In this document: positions 21,057 to 31,072 of the stretch, in pieces
How the letters are laid out: every line of letters begins with the position of its first letter
How positions within the stretch are numbered: the first letter of the stretch is position 1
Origin: an uncultured Verrucomicrobiae bacterium
GTDB lineage: Bacteria > Verrucomicrobiota > Verrucomicrobiia > Chthoniobacterales > JAFAMB01
Direction of reading: 5' to 3'
Length of the DNA stretch: 64,000 bases
Assembly (NCBI GenBank): GCA_963837955.1
Contig: CAWIPH010000002.1
Coordinates: 2,304,001-2,368,000, forward strand
Notes under the pieces: model-generated
Database searches by the model: none
Seen by the model: only the letters and a program-made list of their open reading frames with translations
Told to the model about the DNA's origin: nothing
Translations under genes and position numbers: made by a program

Positions 21057-22076
21057 ATGAAAGCGATCGTATACGACTCTCCCAGAAATTTTGTTTACCG
21101 CGACGTACCTGATCCCAAAATGGAAAGCGATGAGGTGTTGATCAAGGTGCAGGCTTGCGGAGTCTGCGGCACCGATCTGCATATCCATGAGGGCGAGTTC
21201 GGACCGCGTTTTCCGCTGATCCCCGGCCACGAGTTTACGGGAGAAATAGTAGATGTCGGAACGCATGCCGATGGATTGAAAAAGGGCCAGCGCGTAGTCG
21301 GCAACAGTAACATGGCGTGTGGCGAATGCTTTTACTGTCTGCGTGGTGACTATCTGCTTTGCGAACACATGAGCAGCTACGGCGTTACCTTGAACGGTGG
21401 ATTCGCGGAGTACCTGAAGATCAAGGCGGATCGAATTTTTCCGATCAAGAATCTTTCCCCTCGTGAGGCAATCATGGTGGAACCGACTTCGTGTGCGGTG
21501 CACGGGGTTGAGGTCCTCGATTTGAAACCTGGGAGTGACGTCCTGCTATTTGGCGCAGGGCCGACCGGACAGGTGATGGCCCAACTTCTTAAACTTAATG
21601 GCGCGGCCAATCTCGTCGTCGCAGCGCCGCCTGGCCCCAAACTCGACTTGGTTGCCAAACTAGCTGCCGATCAAGTCGTAGCCATGGATCGTAACGACCC
21701 AGAAGTCCACCGGAAACGGCTACAGGAGATCAGTCCGAAAGGATTCGATGCCGTCATCGAAGCGACCGGGGCGCCCTCGGTCTGTCAGGAAACCACTCGT
21801 TTTGTCCGGCGGCGGGGGACAATTTTGATTTACGGGGTGTATCCGGATAAGGCTACTATTTCCATAAACCCGTTCGACGTGTTTCGGAACGAACTGACGA
21901 TTAAAGGTTCATTTGCGCAGATTGACTCGTTCGAACGCGCCCTCAATTATCTCGATAACGGCAGGATTAAAGTGAACGAAATCGTGACCCAGGAAATCCC
22001 GCTGAAAGATTGGGGGAAAGCGCTCGATCTCGCTTGGAAGCGTCAAGGGATCAAGACCGCCCTCATACCGGGATAG
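21057..22076 (+). CDS. Zinc-dependent alcohol/polyol dehydrogenase
   Basis: CGVCGTDLH, GHE, CGECFYC (structural Zn) and GAGPTG motifs. Confidence 0.93.
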   Translation: MKAIVYDSPRNFVYRDVPDPKMESDEVLIKVQACGVCGTDLHIHEGEFGPRFPLIPGHEFTGEIVDVGTHADGLKKGQRVVGNSNMACGECFYCLRGDYLLCEHMSSYGVTLNGGFAEYLKIKADRIFPIKNLSPREAIMVEPTSCAVHGVEVLDLKPGSDVLLFGAGPTGQVMAQLLKLNGAANLVVAAPPGPKLDLVAKLAADQVVAMDRNDPEVHRKRLQEISPKGFDAVIEATGAPSVCQETTRFVRRRGTILIYGVYPDKATISINPFDVFRNELTIKGSFAQIDSFERALNYLDNGRIKVNEIVTQEIPLKDWGKALDLAWKRQGIKTALIPG

Positions 22077-22083
22077 GCCCCGC

Positions 22084-22116
22084 CTTCCGTCTTCGCTAAG
22101 CCTGCTGCGAGACAGG
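22084..22116. repeat. Small hairpin element (CTTCCGTCTTCGCTAAGCCTGCTGCGAGACAGG)
   Basis: Reverse complement matches the inner unit of the nested elements at 30773, 34562 and 37548. Confidence 0.6.
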
Positions 22117-22281
22117 CTGCGCGTAGTTGGGGTGGAGACTCGGCGTTAGCCTGGGTTAGTCAAGAAAAGCAAGCAGCTCTGGAGGGCGCGACGACCGACC
22201 TGATGCGAGGGCTACGGTTGAAAGAGCTTTGCATCCTTTGCTGTCTTCTGTTTAGGATCGGATTTTCCGCACATTTTCGCT

Positions 22282-22671
22282 ATGGCGCGAACACTCGGCC
22301 TGTCACTCCTGGTCCTACTCTTTGTCCAAGACTTTTCGATGGGCATGGATGCTTTGTCGACGCCTTGGATAGCAAATCTGACCCAAGAATCGATCGAGAT
22401 CAGTTTACTTGACTCCAACAACGCTGTTGGAAACTTCCAGCTCAGCCCAGGGAAAATATTGCAGTACACCATTGGTCCCCAGCAAATCGTGACATTGAGT
22501 GTGACGCGAGCCTCCGGGAAAGCTCAATCCTACGACCAAGCCACTCTTCAACAACTTCGCCTGCGGGCAGGCGCGCAGCGAGACTATCTGCTCATTTTGC
22601 CTGAATCTGTGGAATTTGTTTCAAGAAACGAATTCAAATCCCGATTGGCTGCGTTCAAACGGCAGAAGTGA
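22282..22671 (+). CDS. Hypothetical exported protein
   Basis: N-terminal hydrophobic signal-like segment; fills an intergenic gap; no recognisable family. Confidence 0.5.
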   Translation: MARTLGLSLLVLLFVQDFSMGMDALSTPWIANLTQESIEISLLDSNNAVGNFQLSPGKILQYTIGPQQIVTLSVTRASGKAQSYDQATLQQLRLRAGAQRDYLLILPESVEFVSRNEFKSRLAAFKRQK

Positions 22672-22802
22672 AAGCGCCATTCTCATATAAGAATCGCTAA
22701 CTCCCCGAAAGAGGTAGCCGGAGGAGGCAATGTGGTGATTGGTAATCAGTAATCAGGAAGCAGTAAACAGTAAGCGGGCAGCCAGACGCCGGATACGCTG
22801 GG

Positions 22803-23344
22803 TACGCCGAAGGCGTTAAAGGACTCAGCCCGGGGTGGAGGCTTTGCGTAACCCCGGGGTTTTTCGTTCACGCCGTTCATTCAGTGATTGGTGATCGGTC
22901 ACCGCGTCAGGGGTCGATACGCCGAAGGCGTTAAAAGGACTCAGCCCGGGGTGGAGGCTTTGCGCAACCCCGGGTAACCCCAAAAACGCGTCCGCTCTGA
23001 AAGAGCGCGAGAAATCTTACATCGAACGGCCGTCATTACCGAACGCCAAATCTCGGAGGCTGACCATGGCGTCGAATATTATCGGATCAATGAACGGCGT
23101 TGTTGTCCTCGATGGCCAGAAGATTTCTAACGCTCTTTCAGAGCGGACGCCCATTTTTGCGTTACCCGGGGTTACGCAAAGCCTCCACCCCGGGCTGAGT
23201 CCTTTAACGCCTTCGGCGTACCGATCCTGACGCGACCACAGATGACGCGATGACCGATCACCAATCACCACATTTATGGCTTGAGGGCAACCAGGCCTAA
23301 ATTGCTAAGCTCTCCGAATAGAGTCCTTTAACGCCTTCGGCGTA
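22803..23344. repeat. Large REPIN/MITE-like palindrome and extra arm copies
   Basis: TACGCCGAAGGCGTTAAAGGACTCAGCCCGGGGTGGAGGCTTTGCG(T/C)AACCCCGGG at 22803 and 22918, inverted at 23165-23220, partial at 23321-23344. The mirror symmetry spans about 22884-23268. Confidence 0.88.
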
Positions 23345-23483
23345 CTGACCCCCTGGCGCGACGACCGATGACGCGACCGATCACCTATCGCCGAATGGCC
23401 AATGGCCAATGGCCAAATGACCTATCACCCACATTTATGGCTTGAGGGCAACCAGACCTAAATTGCTAAGCTCTCCGAATAGA
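23268..23483 (+). repeat. 55-bp direct repeat (1 mismatch) upstream of the cyclophilin gene
   Basis: CCACATTTATGGCTTGAGGGCAACCAG(G/A)CCTAAATTGCTAAGCTCTCCGAATAGA at 23268-23322 and 23429-23483. Confidence 0.9.
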
Positions 23484-24559
23484 TGGATGCTTTACGGTTA
23501 CCCCTGCTGGGGCTGCTACTATGCTATTCGATTTCCGCGACTAACGTGCCGGCCGCGGAATCTCTCCCTGACGGTTTGTACGCAGAGATCTCGACTCCGC
23601 GTGGAATTATTACGGCAGAGCTCTTTTACGAAAAGGCGCCTCTGACAGTGACGAACTTCGTCGGTCTGGCCGAAGGAACGCTCGGATCAGAGCCGCACAA
23701 ACCATTCTATAATGGACTGACTTTCCACCGGGTCGTCCCTGGTTTCGTTATTCAAGGAGGCGATCCATTAGGCAACGGAGAAGGCGGACCGGGGTACGAG
23801 TTTGCTGACGAGTTTGTTCCGGGATTACGACACGATGCAGCCGGGATCCTCTCGATGGCCAATGATGGACCCGATACCAATGGTTCCCAGTTCTTCATCA
23901 CCCTGAACGAAGAGAACCGCCTGAACTATCTCCACAGCGTTTTCGGAAGAGTTGTCCGAGGACTCGATGTTCTGCCGAAAGTGCAACAGGGCGATCAGAT
24001 GCAGGTGCGGATTTTACGGATTGGATCGGACGCTGAAGCGTTTCGGGCTAATCCGGAAATGTTTTTGAAACTCGCCTACGCTCAACCGCGTGCTGTCGTG
24101 GAGCATTTCGTGGACTCGGGAAATCTCCTTCCGGTGGATCCGCCGCGGGCGATGGGATTTAATCACAAGCTTAGCAATTTCCAACGTTTTACCGGGGAAA
24201 AGATTTTCGCGCGGATCTATGAGGATTTTCATCCGAGCGAATCGGATCAAACGCCGCATGACTTTATCCAAGCATTAGCGGAGGCACTCGGCACCAGCCA
24301 GAAAGGGATGGTCGTTGCCTATTTTGCCAAAACCGATGAATGGCAACTCTGGGTTGGAAATCAGGATGTCGAGAAATTCCAGAAGGCAAACGGCGGAGGT
24401 GTAATGCACGACGCCAAGGAAACATTCTTCAATTCTACGCTGGCGGAAGCGCAGCGGCGTTGGGAAAGCGTTCCTAAAGGCACTTCGGAAAAGGAGAAAC
24501 TAAAGCTCCAACTGGATGCTGTACTCGGCCGCCTGATCGACTTTCTTGAGCCGAAGTAG
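23483..24559 (+). CDS. Exported cyclophilin-type peptidyl-prolyl isomerase with C-terminal extension
   Basis: Signal peptide; FHRVVPGFVIQGGDP, SMANDGPDTNGSQFFIT and HSVFGRV motifs. Confidence 0.93.
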   Translation: MDALRLPLLGLLLCYSISATNVPAAESLPDGLYAEISTPRGIITAELFYEKAPLTVTNFVGLAEGTLGSEPHKPFYNGLTFHRVVPGFVIQGGDPLGNGEGGPGYEFADEFVPGLRHDAAGILSMANDGPDTNGSQFFITLNEENRLNYLHSVFGRVVRGLDVLPKVQQGDQMQVRILRIGSDAEAFRANPEMFLKLAYAQPRAVVEHFVDSGNLLPVDPPRAMGFNHKLSNFQRFTGEKIFARIYEDFHPSESDQTPHDFIQALAEALGTSQKGMVVAYFAKTDEWQLWVGNQDVEKFQKANGGGVMHDAKETFFNSTLAEAQRRWESVPKGTSEKEKLKLQLDAVLGRLIDFLEPK

Positions 24560-24576
24560 GGTAGGGCCGATTGATC

Positions 24577-24712
24577 CGGAGGGGCGTTGCTTGCGACGCC
24601 CGGGATCAGTCCAGGGCGAATCGAGGAATCGAGGCTAGCGTTCCGGTGTGTTTGTGTCACGGGTTGTTCCCGGGAGCCGCGAGCGGCTCCCCTCCGTCGT
24701 CATGGGCGCTTT
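24577..24712. repeat. CGGAGGG-family REPIN-like doublet
   Basis: CGGAGGGGCGTTGCTTGCGACGCCCGGG ... CCCGGGAGCCGCGAGCGGCTCCCCTCCG; inverted homolog at 25775-25965. Confidence 0.8.
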
Positions 24713-24829
24713 CTTGCCGAAGGATGGTTGAAAGACCGCAGACAACAAATTCAACAAAACGCTTTTCGGCGCTCGCGATGAAAACAGAAGGGGCTAGATT
24801 GCCCGAGACGAAACCAGGAACCGAAGTCT

Positions 24830-24976
24830 ATGCACAACGACCCTGATGAAGAGCAGCCGGCGAGTGAATCGACGAATTCCGAACCGCTGTCAGAAGAGGA
24901 AATAGACGAGAGTTTAGACGAGAGTTTCCCGGCAAGTGATCCACCTGCGTGGACGCGGGGAAGGGAGAAGGAGTAA
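24830..24976 (+). CDS. Small acidic protein (48 aa) with ESFPASDPPAW motif
   Basis: Manual translation MHNDPDEEQPASESTNSEPLSEEEIDESLDESFPASDPPAWTRGREKE; the stop lies 1 nt before the HAD start. Below the ORF-track cutoff. Confidence 0.75.
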   Translation: MHNDPDEEQPASESTNSEPLSEEEIDESLDESFPASDPPAWTRGREKE

Positions 24977-24977
24977 G

Positions 24978-25706
24978 ATGCACCCGGGCCAAACGGATTT
25001 GCCCGGAGCCGGGAAACCGGGCGATTACGCGAACGACTCGCTGGCACCGGCGTTCCTATTTGATCTGGATGGTACGTTGATCGACAGCGTCTACCAGCAT
25101 GTTCTCGCTTGGCGCGAGGCATTGGAAGAGCTTGGTATTGAGTTATCGGTCTGGCGGATCCATCGCCGGATTGGGATGAGCGGCGGGCTCTTTATGAACG
25201 CGTTGCAGCGCGAAACGGGCAGGGAGATTAAGCCTAAGGAAGCCGACCAACTGCGGCAGCTGCACGCAGACGCTTTCCGCCGTCAGAGCAAACAGATTCG
25301 CCCACTGCCGGGTGCCCGTGAGCTGCTTCGTCATCTCTCCAAACGAAAGGTGCCGCACGCGATCGCGACGAGCGGGCGTCTGGAAACGGCAGGACCAACA
25401 CTTGAGCTGCTCGATCTTTCGGCGGGAACGCCGGTGGTAACGCGTGATCATGTACGTTTTGCCAAACCGGACCCGCATCTTTTTCTGGAGGCCGCAGCTC
25501 GGCTGAGTGTGCCAATCACCAACTCAATCGTTGTCGGGGATAGCGTCTGGGATTTGCTGGCTGCCCGGCGGGCGAGGGCATTGGGGGTTGGCTTGCTCTC
25601 TGGCGGATATGGCGGCGATGAATTGGAGCGGGCGGGCGCCTACCGAGTTTATCAGGATCCATCCGATCTTCTGAATCATTTGGATGAGGTTGGAGTGCGT
25701 CCGTGA
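24978..25706 (+). CDS. HAD-family hydrolase/phosphatase
   Basis: FDLDGTLID, IATSG, KPDP and VGDSVWD motifs; RBS GGAGAAGGAG. Confidence 0.92.
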   Translation: MHPGQTDLPGAGKPGDYANDSLAPAFLFDLDGTLIDSVYQHVLAWREALEELGIELSVWRIHRRIGMSGGLFMNALQRETGREIKPKEADQLRQLHADAFRRQSKQIRPLPGARELLRHLSKRKVPHAIATSGRLETAGPTLELLDLSAGTPVVTRDHVRFAKPDPHLFLEAAARLSVPITNSIVVGDSVWDLLAARRARALGVGLLSGGYGGDELERAGAYRVYQDPSDLLNHLDEVGVRP

Positions 25707-25774
25707 GATGTTGGTGTTCAGGGAAGAGCATTTCGTCAAAAGCGCACGATTTACCGGCGCACACACTATTTAAA

Positions 25775-25965
25775 AAGCCCATCGCGACGGAGGGGAGCCG
25801 CTTGCGGCTCCCGGGAATGACCCATGATCCGGACAGCAGATTTTGGACTCGATTCCTCGTTGGGCACTGGATCGCTCCCGGGCGTCGCACGTGTCTCGAC
25901 GAAGCCTCCTCTGCAGGCCGGGCCATGCGGACAAAATTGGCGAAGTCGGAAGCAACGCCCCTCCG
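25775..25965. repeat. CGGAGGG-family REPIN-like doublet carrying a 61-bp insertion (25890-25950)
   Basis: Reverse-complement homolog of 24577-24712. Removing 25890-25950 restores GCGTCGCAAGCAACGCCCCTCCG. Confidence 0.8.
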
Positions 25966-26032
25966 CCCGAGGTGCCGAAAAGATCCATCACGATTGGCTT
26001 TTTCAAACAGTCGTGCAGCGTCTGTTTTTGAA

Positions 26033-27964
26033 CTAATTACGCAATATAACCCTGTCCAATCGTAAAAACTCTCCGACCGACCACGCTTGGAATGGACAGC
26101 CCCGCGGCGTGTATGGTTCGGTAGCGTCGGTGAGTTCCGGTAGTTGATTTAGCCCGGCCGCAGGCAGCAAGGATCGGAGCGGCTCCAGATAGCGTTCTCG
26201 GGCCTCCTGTTTTACCTCGGGCGTATTACCGTGAACCCGTACCCATGCCTCGATGAACGGACCAGCTAACCAGGGCCAAACCGTGCCTTGATGATAAGCC
26301 GAGTCGCGGGCGAACGCTCCGCCTTCATAACGCGGCGCAAATCCCGGTTCACCCGGTGCCAGGGAACGCAGACCGGTCGATGTCCAAAGCTGGGCTTCGA
26401 CCGCCTCAACTACTTTCCGTGCGCATTCTTCCGACAATAGAGAGAGTGGCAGCCCGCCCACGGCAAAAATCTGATTGGGTCGGACCAGCGGATCGTCCAC
26501 TCCAGGTTGGTGGTTGACGTCCACGACGTCGAATAATTGCTGTCTCGCTTCGTTCCAAAATCGGCTCGGAAAGGCCAGTGAGGCTTTTTCGAAGTGAGGC
26601 TCCCACTTCGGTGAGAAACGCTTGGCGACCGCTAATGCATTGATCCAAAGCGCCTGGACTTCGACCGGTTTACCTATTCGCGGCGTGACTACCTGGCCAG
26701 CGGCCTTTGCATCCATCCAAGTGAGCTGTACCCCAGGAACACCGGCCGCCAGCAGCCCATCCTTATCAACTCTAATATTAAAGCGTGTCCCGGCGCAGTA
26801 GCCCAATAAGATTGCTTCGATCGCGTTTCCCAGCGTTTGCTTGGTCTGCTCATCAATCAACCCGGACCACGTTGCTGCTGCTTCCAAAAAATCGCGAACC
26901 GCGATGATGAACCACAGCGAGGCATCGACCGAATTATACTCGGGCTCGGTTCCACGATCCGGAAAGCGATTCGGAAGCATGCCTTGGGAAACCGTGCCGG
27001 CCCATTCCAAAAGAATGTCGCGGACCGGTTCAAGGTTATTCACAGCGATGCCTAGCCCACGAATTGAAACGAACGTGTCGCGGCCCCAGTCCCCAAACCA
27101 GGGATATCCGGCGATGATAGTTTGCCCGGTACCGCGCTGAACCAAATAGCTGCGGGAGGCTCGCTCGACCGGATCCGAAATCTGCCCTCGGCGTTCGCGT
27201 TCAGAGAGACGGAGTTTCGCGATCCACTCTTCTAGATCGGCACCGATTTCCGCGAAGCCTTCTGCAGAAAAGACCAGGGTAGCCTCTCGATCCTGAGTGT
27301 TGAGTTGCCAAGTAAAAGTCCCTGGCGCGGCCAGATCTTCGGTATAATCCAAGCCGCGTTCCCGCTCCGCGATATAAAGGAAATTGCGATACCAATTCGG
27401 CGCGTGATGATATTCACCTCGCGAACGGACGACGATGGCCGGCACTCCAAAATACGGTTGCCAACGAACTGTGTCGCCGTTCACCGATGGTTCGAAAGCG
27501 AAGGCCCCGTTTTCGTGATGAGTTGCGTGGAAGTCGCGGCCGGACAAGAATGGTCTCACCGAAAGGGTGAAAATCTGATTTACCCGGCCAGCAAGTCGCC
27601 AGCTCAGCACCACAGCCGATTGGCGCTGCGGAACAAAAATTTCGTGGTCAAGCCAAGTCTCATCCGTAAATCGGAAACGCCATAAGGGCCAGGGTTGAAG
27701 CTGAAAGCTGTCCAAACATTGCTGCCCATTTAGGCATACCAAATCGGGGGCGTAGCGTTGGGAGGAAAGCGAGAATTGTTTTCCTTCCGTTTCGATCCAT
27801 GCATCAAAGCCGTTGACTAATACCATCCGACCCGACGGGGGAGTCGTTGCCGTGAGCAGCATTGCATGATAACGCCGGGTCCGAATTCCCGAGGTTGTCG
27901 AACTGGCGAAGCCTCCGAGACCGTCCGCTTCCAGCCATTCGTGAGTGTCGGAAATAGGAATCAT
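26033..27964 (-). CDS. Amylo-alpha-1,6-glucosidase (archaeal-type glycogen debranching enzyme)
   Basis: EWLEADGLGGFAS, AGYPWFGDWGRD, LTWMDAK, YHQGTVWPW and GCPFQAWS motifs. Confidence 0.93.
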   Translation of the reverse strand: MIPISDTHEWLEADGLGGFASSTTSGIRTRRYHAMLLTATTPPSGRMVLVNGFDAWIETEGKQFSLSSQRYAPDLVCLNGQQCLDSFQLQPWPLWRFRFTDETWLDHEIFVPQRQSAVVLSWRLAGRVNQIFTLSVRPFLSGRDFHATHHENGAFAFEPSVNGDTVRWQPYFGVPAIVVRSRGEYHHAPNWYRNFLYIAERERGLDYTEDLAAPGTFTWQLNTQDREATLVFSAEGFAEIGADLEEWIAKLRLSERERRGQISDPVERASRSYLVQRGTGQTIIAGYPWFGDWGRDTFVSIRGLGIAVNNLEPVRDILLEWAGTVSQGMLPNRFPDRGTEPEYNSVDASLWFIIAVRDFLEAAATWSGLIDEQTKQTLGNAIEAILLGYCAGTRFNIRVDKDGLLAAGVPGVQLTWMDAKAAGQVVTPRIGKPVEVQALWINALAVAKRFSPKWEPHFEKASLAFPSRFWNEARQQLFDVVDVNHQPGVDDPLVRPNQIFAVGGLPLSLLSEECARKVVEAVEAQLWTSTGLRSLAPGEPGFAPRYEGGAFARDSAYHQGTVWPWLAGPFIEAWVRVHGNTPEVKQEARERYLEPLRSLLPAAGLNQLPELTDATEPYTPRGCPFQAWSVGEFLRLDRVILRN

Positions 27965-27991
27965 CCTGGAGCCTCACCAAGCGGCTGGAAC

Positions 27992-30628
27992 TCAGGTTAA
28001 ACTCGACGCGATCAATTTGGCAATCAGGCCGGTCCAACCAGTTTGGTGGGCTGCCCCAACTCCGCGTCCATTGTCGCCGTGGAAGTATTCGAAGAACTGC
28101 AGGTAATCGCGAAAATGTGGATCGCTCTGTAATTTTTCGTTGGCACCGAAGATCGGCCGGCGACCGCTGGCGTCGCGCGAAAAGAGTCGGAAGAGCCGGT
28201 TACTCAATTCTGCGGCAATCTCTTTGATCGACAAAAATTTTCCGGAACCAGTTGGGCATTCGACTCGGAAGTCATCACCGTAGTAGTGGTGAAAGCGTTC
28301 CAGCGACTCGATTAGCAGGAAATTCATTGGGAACCAAATCGGGCCGCGCCAATTCGAGTTGCCGCCGAACAATCCGGAAGTCGATTCGCCCGGCTCGTAG
28401 TCAACCTCCGTATCCGACCCGTTCCAATGAAAAACGTACGGATGATCGCGATGATAGCGGGAGAGTGCCCTGACGCCGTAGTCGGAAAGAAACTCGGTCT
28501 CATCCAACATGCGCTTCAGCAACAACTTCATCCGATGACCGCGCAGGAGCGAAAGAAGCCGCCGATCACCACTTCCCATTACGTTCCACCGAGAAATCAA
28601 AGCGGCGAGGTCGGGCCGATGGTTCAATAACCACTCTAGACGACTTTTGAAGTCTGGGACCTGGTTTAGCAGCTCGGGCTCGAGAGTTTCCACCGCGAAG
28701 AGGGGTATCAAGCCAACGATGGAACGAACCCGTAATGGAATCATGTTGCCGTTCGGCAAATTCAGCACGTCGTAGAAGAATCCGTCTTGGTCATCCCACA
28801 AACCAACCCCGCAGGCACATTGGTCCATCGCTTCCGCGATCTGCAGGAAGTGTTCGAAGAATTTGGAGGCGATATCTTCGTACACGTGATTTCGCTGGGC
28901 CAACTCCAGCGCGATTCGCATCAAATTCAGGCTGTACATAGCCATCCAGCTCGTTCCATCGGATTGGTTGATGTAGCCTCCGGTTGGCAGCGGAGCACTG
29001 CGGTCAAAGACCTCGATATTATCCAATCCGAGAAAACCGCCCTGGAATATGTTCCGGCCTGCTATGTCTTTGCGATTTACCCACCACGTGAAATTTAGCA
29101 GAAGCTTGTGAAACACCCGTTCCAAAAAGGGAAGATCTCCAGGATCATCGGGATTTTCGGTACGCCGTTTTTTTCGGTCGATTTGAAAAACTCGCCAAGC
29201 CGCCCAAGCGTGCACCGGAGGGTTCACGTCACCAAAAGCCCATTCGTAAGCCGGTAACTGGCCATTCGGATGCGTGTACCACTCCCGGGTGATTACGACG
29301 AGCTGCTGTTTGGCAAACTCCGGATCGATCAGCGCAAAAGGCAGAGTGTGGAAAGCGAGGTCCCAAGCCGCAAACCAGGGGTACTCCCATTTGTCCGGCA
29401 TCGAAAGTACCTCCGTGCCATTGAGATGTTGCCAATCACGGTTGCGACCATTCTTTCGCTCCGGCGGCGGCGCCGGTTGCGACGGATCGCCGTTGAGCCA
29501 GCGCCGGACTTCGTAGCGAAAGAATTGTTTGCTCCAGATCATCCCGGCAAATGCCTGGCGCTGGATCCGGCGGAGATCTTCGTCTGTCACGTCGCGCTGC
29601 AGATCCGCATAAAATGCATCCGCCTCTTTTCGCCGAGTGCTTAGGGTTTCTTCAAAGTCAGCGAAACCCACATCAAGCGTTTGCCGGGACAACCGCAGAC
29701 GAACAATTTGTTCTGCCCCGGCGCCAACGACTAGCTGATAATGGGCTGCCGATTTGGTGCCTGTTTGCGACGGATTAATCGCATTTCCGTTCTTGCGAAT
29801 GAGCCATTCGTTAAACCCATCCTTGCAATACGGTGACGAGTTACTGAAGGAGAAGAGACGCTCGCTATTCGTTTCATTCTCGCAGAAGAGCAATGAAGGC
29901 GATCCCTCAGTCCGGAGAAAATAGCTCCCAAGCTGCACATGTTTCGCGGACACCGTGTGATTGTTGATCACCTCGAGCGTTGGCTTGGGCCTTCCATCAC
30001 CCCAGGACCATATGTTGCGGAACCAAAGTTGCGGTAGCAGGTGAATGATCGCGGCCTCGGGCCCACGATTAGCTGCCGTGATCTGAATCAAGATGTCGTC
30101 CGACCCGGCTTTAGCGTATTCGACGAAGAGATCAAAATACCGATCATCGTCGAAGATCCCAGTATCAATAAGCTCGTACTCGGGATCTAGTTTGCCGCGC
30201 CGGCGGTTCTCCTGGCCAAGCGCTGTGTACGGAAACTCGCGCTGCGGATATTTGTAGAGCATCTTCAGATACGAGTGCGTTGGAGTCGCATCCAAGTAGT
30301 AGTAAAGTTCCTTAACGTCTTCCCCGTGGTTTCCTTCCGCGTTGTTCAGACCGAATAACCGCTCCTTCAGAATCGGGTCTTTCCCGTTCCAAAGTGCGAG
30401 CGCGAAGCAGAGGAATTGGTGCTCATCAGAAAAGCCCGCGATGCCGTCCTCGCCCCATCGGTACGCGCGGCTTCGTGCGTGATCGTGCGGAAAATAATCC
30501 CAGGCAGTTCCACTTGGACTGTAGTCTTCCCGGACGGTGCCCCATTGACGTTCGCTGAGATATGGGCCCCAACGGCGCCACTTAACCGCGCCGCTGTTCA
30601 TCTCGATTAAACGCTGTTTTTCTGACAT
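27992..30628 (-). CDS. GH63/MGH1-like glycoside hydrolase (glucosidase)
   Basis: [43 protein letters not shown] and GAAHQTGWT motifs. Confidence 0.93.
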   Translation of the reverse strand: MSEKQRLIEMNSGAVKWRRWGPYLSERQWGTVREDYSPSGTAWDYFPHDHARSRAYRWGEDGIAGFSDEHQFLCFALALWNGKDPILKERLFGLNNAEGNHGEDVKELYYYLDATPTHSYLKMLYKYPQREFPYTALGQENRRRGKLDPEYELIDTGIFDDDRYFDLFVEYAKAGSDDILIQITAANRGPEAAIIHLLPQLWFRNIWSWGDGRPKPTLEVINNHTVSAKHVQLGSYFLRTEGSPSLLFCENETNSERLFSFSNSSPYCKDGFNEWLIRKNGNAINPSQTGTKSAAHYQLVVGAGAEQIVRLRLSRQTLDVGFADFEETLSTRRKEADAFYADLQRDVTDEDLRRIQRQAFAGMIWSKQFFRYEVRRWLNGDPSQPAPPPERKNGRNRDWQHLNGTEVLSMPDKWEYPWFAAWDLAFHTLPFALIDPEFAKQQLVVITREWYTHPNGQLPAYEWAFGDVNPPVHAWAAWRVFQIDRKKRRTENPDDPGDLPFLERVFHKLLLNFTWWVNRKDIAGRNIFQGGFLGLDNIEVFDRSAPLPTGGYINQSDGTSWMAMYSLNLMRIALELAQRNHVYEDIASKFFEHFLQIAEAMDQCACGVGLWDDQDGFFYDVLNLPNGNMIPLRVRSIVGLIPLFAVETLEPELLNQVPDFKSRLEWLLNHRPDLAALISRWNVMGSGDRRLLSLLRGHRMKLLLKRMLDETEFLSDYGVRALSRYHRDHPYVFHWNGSDTEVDYEPGESTSGLFGGNSNWRGPIWFPMNFLLIESLERFHHYYGDDFRVECPTGSGKFLSIKEIAAELSNRLFRLFSRDASGRRPIFGANEKLQSDPHFRDYLQFFEYFHGDNGRGVGAAHQTGWTGLIAKLIASSLT

Positions 30629-30772
30629 AGCGATCTTTCCTCGCCGATTCCCAAGCGACGCTACCGCGACAATAACACGGGTGCTTCGTCCATCTACCGA
30701 AGTCAGGTGGCAGCGTCAATAGAGATACAGAATATGGAACAGGAAAACCGGACTCCTTGGGGGGTGAGCGAA

Positions 30773-30827
30773 ACCAACTTCGCCCACTTGTCGCGCCGTA
30801 GGCTTGGCGAAGGGGGAAGGCTACGTC
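30773..30827. repeat. Nested small hairpin element (element inside an inverted copy of itself)
   Basis: CCAACTTCGCCCA[CTTGTCGCGCCGTAGGCTTGGCGAAGGGGGAA]GGCTACGTCG; same arrangement at 34562 and 37548. Confidence 0.7.
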
Positions 30828-30850
30828 GTGCTCGCAAACGCCCATGACCG

Positions 30851-31024
30851 GTAGGGCGAAAACCTCGTCCGGCAGGCGCCGGACGGGTTTGAGCCGCGTG
30901 TTGGATAGATCTTTCTAGTTGCGATCATCGCCGTGCATGAAGATGGGAAGAGAACAGGCATTGGGAGGAACCATGAAATGGCTCAAGTCGGTGCGGCTGA
31001 TACCGCTCCAGGCTTTCGCCCTAC
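30851..31024. repeat. GTAG-type REPIN-like doublet
   Basis: GTAGGGCGAAA...TTGAGCC spacer GGCTCAA...TTTCGCCCTAC. Confidence 0.82.
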
Positions 31025-31072
31025 CGTCAGTCGCTGTGCAACATTTCGAGGAAGAGAATACTCGCAAATATA

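Noticed and set aside
22803..23483. Possible CRISPR array
   Set aside because: The repeats are 55-60 bp, in both orientations and irregularly spaced, and there are no cas genes. They fit REP/MITE-like palindromes.
24577..25965. Composite transposon
   Set aside because: There is no transposase and no evident target-site duplication. Kept only as a low-score observation.
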